DNA of 57,828 nt from Candidatus Enterousia sp. (GCA_045114635.1 JBGUKY010000004.1:1-57828), one strand, 5' to 3'. Shown: positions 29,749-38,481, counted from the first letter of the stretch. The notes: a model not told the origin generated them from the letters alone. A program made the numbers and translations.

Positions 29749-29760
29749 AATAAAAATGGC

Positions 29761-31398
29761 GTGATAAAAAAATTGACAATTAGAAATGGCATCTATTATT
29801 ATAGAAGCAAGCAAATCAGCGGAACAACAGTAAAGGATATAAGAATATCCTTGCATACAACAGATTTCTTTGAAGCGGTTAATAGAATGAAGATAGAAGA
29901 TAATATTGTTACATTGCAAAAACAACTAGCAAAAATAGAAACAAAGTTGCTGGATTCTTCAACTGAGCCCACAGAAACCGTTCAATTATTAGAAACTAAA
30001 CAAGCTATTTTAAAAGAAATTGCTGATTTAAAAACTGAGCGAGAATGGAAAAGCATATCCGCAAGTATAAAAAAGCATTCTTTAAACGTATTAAAACCGC
30101 ACCTACCGACAGAAATACCTGCTTCTGGTATGTCAGTGTTAAAACCTAGCAATATTAATATTGTTCAAAACTACAACAACACAACTGCCGCAACTAATAT
30201 TGTCTATCCTACTATTCGTGCAATGTTAGACGAATTTGAAGAAGCTAGAGGCTATGTCGCAACAAACGAAAATATTAAAGAATATAAAAAGAATCACAAA
30301 TATAAAATACATAAATTATATGAGAGATTGTTTGGTTTAGGGGTTTTTGATTTAGAACAACCAATAAGTATTTTAAATGATGTAACATTACTAAACAAGT
30401 GGTTTAACAAAATTGCCGCAACACCTCGTTCTAAGAATTCACCAGAAACTATAGGTATCGCAATGTACGCCAAATATTTATTATATACTAGAGTGTTCTT
30501 AGAATATTGTAATACCAGCAATCAAAGTTATATAACCGCTAAAACATTATCTTTAATCCAGATTCCAGAAGTAAAATCCAGTGACACAATTCCTCATACT
30601 CCATATAGCGAGCAATCTTTAAAAACTATGTTTAATCCCGCAAAATCCAAAGAATTTTTCATTGAATATTCTTATCTTTTTTGGGCTATTGTTATATCGT
30701 TATTTAGTGGTTCAAGAAAAAATGCGGCAACTACTTTAATGTATAAGGATATACGCAAAATAAGGGGTATTGACTCAATATCTTTTATTGAAGAAAAGAA
30801 TACAAACAAATCTTATAAAAATGACGCAACTTCAAGAAAAATTCCTATGGCACCTCAACTTATTAAACTTGGTTTTATAGAATGGGTAAATAATAGGAAG
30901 AAGTTTTTAAATGCTAAGAATACCGATTATATATTTCCTGAATGTACAATAAGATTTTCTGAAACACCAGAGAACAATGGTAAATATGCGGAAGCATGCC
31001 TTAGACCTTTATTTGATCATTTTATAAAGATAGGTATAAAGCATTCAGATTGGGAAAAAGTCAAAGAAACTAGAGAAAAATTTGATTTTCACTCTTTTCG
31101 TAAAAATGCGAACCAAATACTTCAAAAACATAAAGTTACTACAGCAAATATAAATCTAATTATCGGTTGGGATTCAGAAAATATGAGCGATAGAGAATAT
31201 AATCACGACCCATTAAAAGATGAAACAGTAGAATACTTGAAAGATATTGTTGATAACAATTTAAAATACGATTTCCTAGATGAAGAATTCGCTCAATGGA
31301 AGGATATAATGAAAGACACCTATAAATACACGGGTGAGCGAAAGAAAACTGGAAAAAAGCAAACAATTATATCTTCAACAGTTCTACCGCTTCTCTAA
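29761..31398 (+). CDS. Tyrosine integrase
   Basis: N-terminal RNGIYYYR..RISL.T arm-binding domain; catalytic SGSR, HSFR, IGW..Y; GTG 29761 preferred over 29713. Confidence 0.88.
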   Translation: MIKKLTIRNGIYYYRSKQISGTTVKDIRISLHTTDFFEAVNRMKIEDNIVTLQKQLAKIETKLLDSSTEPTETVQLLETKQAILKEIADLKTEREWKSISASIKKHSLNVLKPHLPTEIPASGMSVLKPSNINIVQNYNNTTAATNIVYPTIRAMLDEFEEARGYVATNENIKEYKKNHKYKIHKLYERLFGLGVFDLEQPISILNDVTLLNKWFNKIAATPRSKNSPETIGIAMYAKYLLYTRVFLEYCNTSNQSYITAKTLSLIQIPEVKSSDTIPHTPYSEQSLKTMFNPAKSKEFFIEYSYLFWAIVISLFSGSRKNAATTLMYKDIRKIRGIDSISFIEEKNTNKSYKNDATSRKIPMAPQLIKLGFIEWVNNRKKFLNAKNTDYIFPECTIRFSETPENNGKYAEACLRPLFDHFIKIGIKHSDWEKVKETREKFDFHSFRKNANQILQKHKVTTANINLIIGWDSENMSDREYNHDPLKDETVEYLKDIVDNNLKYDFLDEEFAQWKDIMKDTYKYTGERKKTGKKQTIISSTVLPLL

Positions 31399-31954
31399 CT
31401 CTTTCTTTGGATTGCAGATAATATTTTAATGTTGTGCTTGGCGAAGCGTGACAAACAGCTTGTTGAACAACGCAAACATCAACACCTTGTCGCAACAAAG
31501 ATGAAATCATATAATGGCGACCATAATGACTGCCGCATTTTAATCCAAAAACTTTGAATATTTTAATAAAAGTTCTTGAAACTGAAGGACGAGTAAGAGG
31601 TTTGTTAACGCCCTTCTGACTTTGAAACAAATATGTATCTGGTTTAATAACATTATTCTTTTGTTTTAAATATTTCAAATACTCTGAAAATTCTTTTGAT
31701 ACTTGAGAATTAACACTGTAAGCACAAGGTCTATTGCCTTTGTTTTTATCTTTGGATAAATATATTACAGGTCTAACATTTTCTTGGTCGTCATATACAT
31801 CTGAATATGTTAACGCATAAAAGTTAATAGAACGCATTCCCATACCAAAACTACAAAAAAACATCATTCGTATCATTTCGTGGTGTTTTAGACCTTGGAT
31901 ATATGTGAATATTTGTTTTAATTTAGTGTTGCTTATTTCTTCTTGATTAACCAT
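31367..31954 (-). CDS. Small tyrosine recombinase (catalytic domain only; resolvase/invertase-like)
   Basis: GMR, K, HYGRH, H.S..TT..Y; AAGGAG RBS; TTGGCA-N17-TATAAT promoter. Confidence 0.85.
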   Translation of the reverse strand: MVNQEEISNTKLKQIFTYIQGLKHHEMIRMMFFCSFGMGMRSINFYALTYSDVYDDQENVRPVIYLSKDKNKGNRPCAYSVNSQVSKEFSEYLKYLKQKNNVIKPDTYLFQSQKGVNKPLTRPSVSRTFIKIFKVFGLKCGSHYGRHYMISSLLRQGVDVCVVQQAVCHASPSTTLKYYLQSKERVREAVELLKI

Positions 31955-32198
31955 TTAATAACTCCTTAAAAATGTTAAAAAAAATTCATATTACTATTAT
32001 AAGTTAACATTCATTTGGTGCCAAGCTAATTAGCTGTTTAAATTTTCTTTATTTACTGCGGGTTTTAGAAAAAAAAGACAAATATATGTATTTTTTAACA
32101 TTTTGTCGAATTCATTTTTTCAAATACTGATAAATAGTTTTGAACCAGATAGATTTATATCTGGCAATTAACAACTATCTAACCATAGGAGAATTATT

Positions 32199-33308
32199 AT
32201 GATAGATAGTATTAAATTAGCATTGCCAACAAGTGCGGTTACATTTACTAATTTTGTTGGATATAGAAATGTATCGGAAGACACATTAAAAGAACTGATA
32301 ACTAATAACGGTTATAAAGAAGGATGTGAGTATGTAAATTATGAGAAAATATATATTCATAATAATGGTTATATGCCAGCCATAGGTGTATGTGCGTATA
32401 AAAATCAAGCACCTGTTTTGTGGTTGCGTGTGTCGCTACCAAAGCTACTATATCAAACCAATATGTACGAAATCTGCGAAAATGATTTTGATAAAGTGGT
32501 TCAACAGATTTGTTACGCTGCGACAAATCTTGGAATAGATATTCCAAAATCGGCAATATATAATGCACGAATTTGGGAAGTTCATATTGGTAAGAATATT
32601 GATTTGAATTCTACTGGCTTGAGTGTTGCGACAGTTCTATCAGCTTTAAACAAATTAGCATTTGATAAAAGATTGTCGCAGAGCAAAGTTTATTATCTTA
32701 ATCTGCTAGATAATTGCGACAATATGCAGATAGAATATAAAGAAGGTGAGAAATGGTCTGCTGGTTGCAAGTCTTATGAATATTGCTTTTACAATAAAAC
32801 TCAGGAAGTATTAAAAGATAATTGGGGTCAAGGTTTTATGAAGCGACATCCTGAATTAAATAATGTAATTAGATTAGAATATCGCCTATATAATTCAGAG
32901 TCTGTAAAGCGTGGTTTTGAAAAAGTAGGTATAGATAAAAACATTTGCTTTAAAGATTTCTTTACAGACGCAAATTTCCAGTTACTTAATTTATTTATCT
33001 GGAATAAAGTAATTCGTCCGCAGATATGCTGGCTCGGTTTTATTAATAATGACCCCATGGTTTTATTGAATAAGATGAACGCACTAAATATTAAGCCTGT
33101 AAATGCATTAAAGTTACTTGGTATGTTTTATCTAAATTTAACAGAAAACTCTTGTAGCACGATTAAAATGCTATTTCCGCCACGATCAAACATTGTTGTA
33201 AGATTAAAGCAACAGATTGAAGCGATTAATGGTTTGGAAACAGATAGTCTAGTTGATACCTTCAAGTTCATAGAGATGGAACTTGTGCGAAATCAACCAA
33301 TGATATAA
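32199..33308 (+). CDS. Phage/plasmid replication initiator, gene II/X-like
   Basis: MIDSIKL, SLPKLL..N, EVHIGKN, FYNK..E, IRLEYRL motif order. Confidence 0.65.
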   Translation: MIDSIKLALPTSAVTFTNFVGYRNVSEDTLKELITNNGYKEGCEYVNYEKIYIHNNGYMPAIGVCAYKNQAPVLWLRVSLPKLLYQTNMYEICENDFDKVVQQICYAATNLGIDIPKSAIYNARIWEVHIGKNIDLNSTGLSVATVLSALNKLAFDKRLSQSKVYYLNLLDNCDNMQIEYKEGEKWSAGCKSYEYCFYNKTQEVLKDNWGQGFMKRHPELNNVIRLEYRLYNSESVKRGFEKVGIDKNICFKDFFTDANFQLLNLFIWNKVIRPQICWLGFINNDPMVLLNKMNALNIKPVNALKLLGMFYLNLTENSCSTIKMLFPPRSNIVVRLKQQIEAINGLETDSLVDTFKFIEMELVRNQPMI

Positions 33309-33500
33309 CTCTAAACATACTATTAATATAAATAATATATAAAGATATTAGTGACATTTTATATTATATATTATTATTTATTAATTAAATAACTATATAT
33401 AACCACTTGATTAAATAAAAAATCAGGTGGTTATTTTTTTCATTTCTTTTTAATTTGCTGATAAATAGTTACAAAGAAAATAAAAATAAAGGTAAAGACA

Positions 33501-34271
33501 ATGGAAATTCAAATTGATAAAAACGAAAATCAAATATCATTGAAAGTCATGATTTCGCTTGCGACAGCTTACGGTAAAGCTATGGAAGAAGAATTAAATA
33601 TTGATAATTCTATCCAAGAACCAGATTATATAAGTGATATTGACGATAATATTGTAAAATCAACAAATACATTCTTAAATAACTTAATTAGCCTTAATGA
33701 TTTATTAGTAATTTCAAATAAAGATAGACGACAAGAAATAGATCAATTTATATCAATATTAGTAAACGGGATATTTTCAACTGTATGTCCAATGAATATA
33801 TATTGTTTAGATTTGCGTTCAGATAGCATATTTAATTATAATTCTTTTATAAGCCAAAGAATTACGGATATAGACGATTGTTTTGAAGTGCTTACTAATG
33901 GAGCGATAGAAGATAATCCAGAAGTTCAAAATTACATAATTGTTAATGAGTGTATTGATTTCTTTATGTATGATTGCGACAAGTTTATTCAATCTATAAA
34001 ACAATTATTATCACGGGATAATTATCATATAATTCTACTTTGTTCAGAGCCTGAATTACTAACCGAAGAACTTTTAGTAACTATGAGTCATTATTGTGTT
34101 TTTTGGCTTGGTTCAACACGGGCAAGCAAAGCCATCTTCCACGGTAAAAATGTTGCGTGTAACCCACAAGAACCAGGATATTTTTTATATTCATTTGATA
34201 AAGGAACTTCATATTCCACAGAAAGCATAGAATACAATATATATCCTGATGACCAAGAATTAGATATATAA
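33501..34271 (+). CDS. Hypothetical protein, possibly degenerate FtsK-like ATPase
   Basis: LLVI..(no GKS), IYCLD, YIIVNE (Walker B-like), HIILLCSEP. Confidence 0.45.
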   Translation: MEIQIDKNENQISLKVMISLATAYGKAMEEELNIDNSIQEPDYISDIDDNIVKSTNTFLNNLISLNDLLVISNKDRRQEIDQFISILVNGIFSTVCPMNIYCLDLRSDSIFNYNSFISQRITDIDDCFEVLTNGAIEDNPEVQNYIIVNECIDFFMYDCDKFIQSIKQLLSRDNYHIILLCSEPELLTEELLVTMSHYCVFWLGSTRASKAIFHGKNVACNPQEPGYFLYSFDKGTSYSTESIEYNIYPDDQELDI

Positions 34272-34437
34272 GCCTGAAGTTTAGGTCTGGTTTATTCTTT
34301 TTATCCATTCCATTAAGTCTTTTACTAACATTACCAGACCTAATTAAATTTAATTTTCACATATTTTAATCTTACATAAATATAGATATACATTGTGAAT
34401 CGGAAAGGAAATAACTCTCGTGTAAGGGGTATTATAT

Positions 34438-35274
34438 CTATTGTTCATTCCTACATTCTGGAACGGAATCATCACATATCAGATATTCATAATCACCTTC
34501 TACACCATTAAGTGTTTCGTGAATTAAAATATGAAGTCCCTTAGACGCTCCCGCAGATACTTTTGGAAACGGAGCACTTGGGGTCATATCTCGTAAAACT
34601 GCATTTGCGGAATAATTAGTTTCGCCTACACGAACAAATAATCTATGTATAGTAGGATTTGCTGGTTGCTGATGCATATACAATATATCGTGATATGTTT
34701 CATCAGATATATGTAATTTTCGCCCGCACTGTGATTGAAGCCACATACCCTGTGGAGCATATGGGTGAGCAGATGGACATGGAGTGATTCCCTGTGGAGC
34801 GGTTTCATTAAATGTAAGATTTCCACCAGGACAATAGTGGTCTGCTGGACATATTGTGCATTCGTCAATGTTTGCTGGCAAATAATAACCCTGATTACAA
34901 TTATGAATATTTGGGGTAAAAGTTGCTGTTATGTTTGAAATATTGTTTGCTACACGTAGAAAATCAGTTGTACAACCGTTTCTTATATTGTCTGTGACTT
35001 GTATTTTGAATTTATTACCTTGATCAATATCTTCATTGAAGGTGAAGTTTCCGCCATTACAATCATACACGTCTGGACATACCACACAACCGTCATTATT
35101 AGCTGGCACATAATATCCAGAATTACATTGATATTGGTTTATGGCAAATGTAGCTTGTAAATAAGTATGTGGCGAGAAATTGTTTGAACAACCATTTGGA
35201 ACGTTGGATATAAGCAACTGGTCTGCAAATGCAGATATTGGTATTATTAAAAATGATAACCATTTGTGTTTCAT
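34438..35274 (-). CDS. Exported Cys-rich repeat surface protein
   Basis: Signal peptide MKHKWLSFL..AFA; two C..GYY.PAN.D.C..CP...C.GG repeats; TAATG coupling to upstream gene. Confidence 0.8.
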   Translation of the reverse strand: MKHKWLSFLIIPISAFADQLLISNVPNGCSNNFSPHTYLQATFAINQYQCNSGYYVPANNDGCVVCPDVYDCNGGNFTFNEDIDQGNKFKIQVTDNIRNGCTTDFLRVANNISNITATFTPNIHNCNQGYYLPANIDECTICPADHYCPGGNLTFNETAPQGITPCPSAHPYAPQGMWLQSQCGRKLHISDETYHDILYMHQQPANPTIHRLFVRVGETNYSANAVLRDMTPSAPFPKVSAGASKGLHILIHETLNGVEGDYEYLICDDSVPECRNEQ

Positions 35275-36086
35275 TATTGTAATACTGGACCTGCTATAAA
35301 TTGACCACTGCCTTGGTTGTAGAAAAATTGACCTGTTATTTTGTCGAACATACAAGGGGTGCCGTTATAATCAAGGACAGGAATAAAATCACGAACAAGG
35401 GTGTTATTATCGAAGATTTGAAGATAATATGCTTTGCCTTTAAAGCCTCTTATGTCGCCTTCATAAAAACCTGTTGCATTTGCTTTAAAAAAATAAATAT
35501 TGCCAAAATCAGTCGTATTATATTCATTGACTGCTTGAACTACTGGGCTACCATTTAAATATATTTTTCTTTCAGTTGTTCTTAATTCTAAGTTTACTTG
35601 CTGGTTTGTTCCTATTTTTATAACAGAATTGTTGGCAGGAGGATTATAATTGTTATTTGTTTCTGTAGCAGAACCAAACCTTAAACCAATTCTACCATCT
35701 TCGTATATAAAGAAAAATCGCATATTTCCTTCGCCTGTTGGGGTATTAACAAATCTATATCCAAAAATACTATCGGCAGTGTTAGTGTTTGTTCTGTTAA
35801 TGCCCATTTTTGCATTTATAGCATTTGTGTATTTGTACCCAGTGTCAATCCATTGTGTCCCTGTGGATTCTAAATACTCAATTGGTGTGAATGTCGATAT
35901 TTTCCATCCTGTAAAAGTATAACCATATTTTGTTGGTGGGGTGGACGGTAATATTAAATCACTATCAATTACACAGGTTGAGTTTTGATATGTTGACCCA
36001 TCTTCATTTAACCAGTGCAGGTTTATTGTATCTGCATATGTGAAGCTACTAAATAGTAGTGATAATAATACAAGAAGCCGTTTCAT
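35274..36086 (-). CDS. Exported protein with InlB B-repeat-like stalk and lectin/tail-fibre-like domain
   Basis: Signal peptide; PTKYGYTFTGW; YLESTGTQWIDTG...VRDFIPV..G.PCMFDKITGQFFYN.G.G.F; AAGGAGG RBS. Confidence 0.75.
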   Translation of the reverse strand: MKRLLVLLSLLFSSFTYADTINLHWLNEDGSTYQNSTCVIDSDLILPSTPPTKYGYTFTGWKISTFTPIEYLESTGTQWIDTGYKYTNAINAKMGINRTNTNTADSIFGYRFVNTPTGEGNMRFFFIYEDGRIGLRFGSATETNNNYNPPANNSVIKIGTNQQVNLELRTTERKIYLNGSPVVQAVNEYNTTDFGNIYFFKANATGFYEGDIRGFKGKAYYLQIFDNNTLVRDFIPVLDYNGTPCMFDKITGQFFYNQGSGQFIAGPVLQ

Positions 36087-36104
36087 ATTATCCCTCCTTG
36101 GTTT

Positions 36105-36305
36105 TGGACAACAAGAAACCGCCATTTTTGAAAAAGGCGGTTGGAGGTTCGAAACAATTTACCAGAATTGTGTGCTTATTCCAATACAGCAAGTGTATCT
36201 CTATTAAGCAGCCCTCCAACCGAACTGTTGGAGTTTATCGTCTGTTCTTGCAGACGCTGGTAAACAGGTTTCGACACCCCATTAGGAAAACTCTTCCTAA
36301 CATTG
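36105..36305 (-). promoter_or_regulatory. Switchable structured leader with terminator (C4-antisense-like)
   Basis: Mutually exclusive complementary blocks and terminator 36116-36142 upstream of the cargo RBS. Confidence 0.6.
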
Positions 36306-36391
36306 AAACTATAATACCAAATGTGTGCGTTCACAAGTGGAAAATATATTGATACAACAAAAAATAACACCCGTTTTCACAGGTGCTAATG

Positions 36392-36445
36392 TTATGCTGA
36401 TTGTTTAATCCAATCTTCCAAGAGCATTTTATATACTTCTGCCAT
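36392..36445 (-). CDS. 17-aa small ORF MAEVYKMLLEDWIKQSA
   Basis: AAGGAG RBS 7 nt upstream; downstream hairpin plus T tract. Confidence 0.45.
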   Translation of the reverse strand: MAEVYKMLLEDWIKQSA

Positions 36446-36562
36446 CAGGATTCTCCTTTAGTTTAATGTTAATCTATGATTATTTATCTGAATGTTAAAC
36501 ATACAAAAAATTATCTTTGAAAAATGTAGTTCACTAATATTGAAAATTATGTTATGCTGGAA

Positions 36563-36610
36563 TGTGTATATAAATGTGCCAAAAAGTGTGACACTTTGTG
36601 AGACACTTTT
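36563..36610 (+). repeat. Integrase arm-type sites (right), 12-bp period
   Basis: tgtgtatataaa/tgtgccaaaaag/tgtgacactttg/tgagacactttt. Confidence 0.65.
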
Positions 36611-36680
36611 GAAAAGTTTTGGAATAATTCAATTACAGAACAGGCAGATTTATGGGAATTTGGGATATTTAATATCGGAG

Positions 36681-36705
36681 CCTATACGCTCCGCCACTAA
36701 TTAAA
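36681..36705 (+). repeat. att core, distal copy
   Basis: Identical 25-mer to 29563-29587, followed by a terminator at 36707-36729 (probably the original tRNA terminator). Confidence 0.92.
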
Positions 36706-36738
36706 TAAAACCGCCATTGTGGCGGTTTTATTTGTTTG

Positions 36739-38478
36739 TTACACTTGTTTTTCTTCAGAAGTATGTCCTGGTTGAAATATTTCCACATCACGTGTCATGG
36801 ACAAGAATTTTTTGGCACGCAAAGGTATCAGTTCTTCAACCGGTATTTCTTTTAATTCAATTAACGCATCTGCGACAGATTTAGCCAATAATTCCATTGT
36901 CGTATCCCAGTCTTTGTGTGCACCACCAGCAGGTTCGTCTATAATTTTATCAATTACATTCAATGATGCCATGTCACGCGCAGTCAATTTTAATGCTGTT
37001 GCGGCATTTGCCTTGAACTTGTTGTCTTTCCACAAGATGCTTGCGCAAGATTCAGGAGCAATAACAGAATAAATTGCGTTTTCAAGCATCATTATTCTGT
37101 CGCCTGTACCAATTGCAATTGCGCCGCCAGAACCGCCTTCACCAACATTAACGGCCACATATGGCGTTTTTACACTTAAACCTGTTGCTATTGTTGCAGC
37201 TACCGCTTGCGATTGACCGCGTTCTTCGGCAGCACCACCAGCGAAAGCACCAGCAGTATCAAACAAAGACACAATTGGCAAACTGAATTTTTCAGCCAAT
37301 TTCATTAAACGTTGCGCCTTTCGATATCCTTCTGGATTAGACATACCAAATCTGTGTTGTTGACGTGTTTCAATTGTACGGCCCTTTTCCTGACCAATAA
37401 TTACAGCCGGTATTCCGTACCAATAACCAATTCCACCACACATAGCGGCATCTTCACCAAAACATCTGTCGCCTGCAAGGTAAGTCCACTTATCAACAAT
37501 ACCCCTTACATAATCCAAGAAATGAGGTCTGTTTTCATTTCTTGCCAATAAAACCCTGTCATATTCAGGTGTTTTACCCACATCACGAGATTTCTTTGGT
37601 GTATCAAATTTTGGTGTCTTGATATCGATAACTTTTGGTTCGGCTGGTTGTTTTGTTAAGACTGTTAAAATACGTTCCAATGTTTCTTTTAAATCAGAAC
37701 GATTTACAACAATATCGACCATACCGTGATCATATAAATAATCTGCTGTTTGGAAATTTGATGGTAATTTTTCGTGAATATTTTGTTCGATAACACGACG
37801 ACCAGCAAATCCAATACGCGCACCCTTTTCCGCAATATGTATATCACCCAACATAGCGAACGAAGCAGTAACGCCACCAAATGTAGGATCTGTCAAAACA
37901 ACGATATAAGGCAATTTGTTTTCATGTAACTTGTTCACAGCTACTGTTGTACGTGCCATCTGCATCAAAGATAAAATGTTTTCTTGCATACGCGCGCCAC
38001 CACTGCAAGTTACCATAATGAAAGGATGTTTTAATTCTATGGCGTGTTCTATGCTAGCGATAATTGCATCCCCAGCGGCACGTCCCATAGATCCCATCAT
38101 AAAATCACCGTTCATAACACATACTGTCGAATCTATACCACCTATTTTACCGTCTGCGGTTGATATAGAATCATTTGTGCCAGCATCTTCGCGTGCTTCT
38201 TTTAATCTTTCTTTGTATGGCATTCTGTCCACAAAGTTCAACGGATCATCACTCACAACAGGCAAATCAAATTTTTGCCAATCGATGTCATCGAATAACA
38301 AATCAAATCTTTGTTTTGGATTCATAATAAAAGCACGACCACAACGTGGACAAACGTAATGATTGTTTTTATAATCTTTATAGAAAACTAAACGACCACA
38401 TGCTTCGCATTTTATCCACATCAATCTGCGAACGCGTTCATATTTATCACGGTTATGGTTTTTAATTCCACTCGACAT
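36739..38478 (-). CDS. accD: Fused acetyl-CoA carboxylase carboxyltransferase beta+alpha (AccD-AccA)
   Basis: W.KC..C..C..C zinc finger, SGGARMQE, GFAG.RVI, then RP..LDY, PEGYRKA.R, EGGSGGA, SVI.PE. Confidence 0.92.
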   Translation of the reverse strand: MSSGIKNHNRDKYERVRRLMWIKCEACGRLVFYKDYKNNHYVCPRCGRAFIMNPKQRFDLLFDDIDWQKFDLPVVSDDPLNFVDRMPYKERLKEAREDAGTNDSISTADGKIGGIDSTVCVMNGDFMMGSMGRAAGDAIIASIEHAIELKHPFIMVTCSGGARMQENILSLMQMARTTVAVNKLHENKLPYIVVLTDPTFGGVTASFAMLGDIHIAEKGARIGFAGRRVIEQNIHEKLPSNFQTADYLYDHGMVDIVVNRSDLKETLERILTVLTKQPAEPKVIDIKTPKFDTPKKSRDVGKTPEYDRVLLARNENRPHFLDYVRGIVDKWTYLAGDRCFGEDAAMCGGIGYWYGIPAVIIGQEKGRTIETRQQHRFGMSNPEGYRKAQRLMKLAEKFSLPIVSLFDTAGAFAGGAAEERGQSQAVAATIATGLSVKTPYVAVNVGEGGSGGAIAIGTGDRIMMLENAIYSVIAPESCASILWKDNKFKANAATALKLTARDMASLNVIDKIIDEPAGGAHKDWDTTMELLAKSVADALIELKEIPVEELIPLRAKKFLSMTRDVEIFQPGHTSEEKQV

Positions 38479-38481
38479 AAT

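Larger units (their letters stand above)
29563..36705. mobile_element. ~7.1-kb tRNA-Ser-integrated element (integrase, second recombinase, Rep, cargo)
   Basis: Flanked by a 25-bp direct repeat of the tRNA 3' end; integrase next to the tRNA; visibly AT-richer with different codon usage. Confidence 0.92.

Noticed and set aside
29713-29760. MCHFLCHFVCHH N-terminus as a metal-binding motif of the integrase
   Set aside because: It is the translation of the 12-bp arm-site repeats; GTG 29761 gives a normal arm-binding N-terminus.
35274-36086. Diversity-generating retroelement target (AAY-rich segment)
   Set aside because: No reverse transcriptase and no template/variable repeat pair found in the window.
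36176-36370. 64-aa ORF (..GVSKP..) as a gene
   Set aside because: It spans a promoter and the structured leader and has no RBS; better explained as a by-product of the RNA element.
29563-36705. Filamentous prophage (inovirus) or tailed prophage
   Set aside because: No intact Zot/pI ATPase, small coat proteins, terminase or capsid genes were recognisable.
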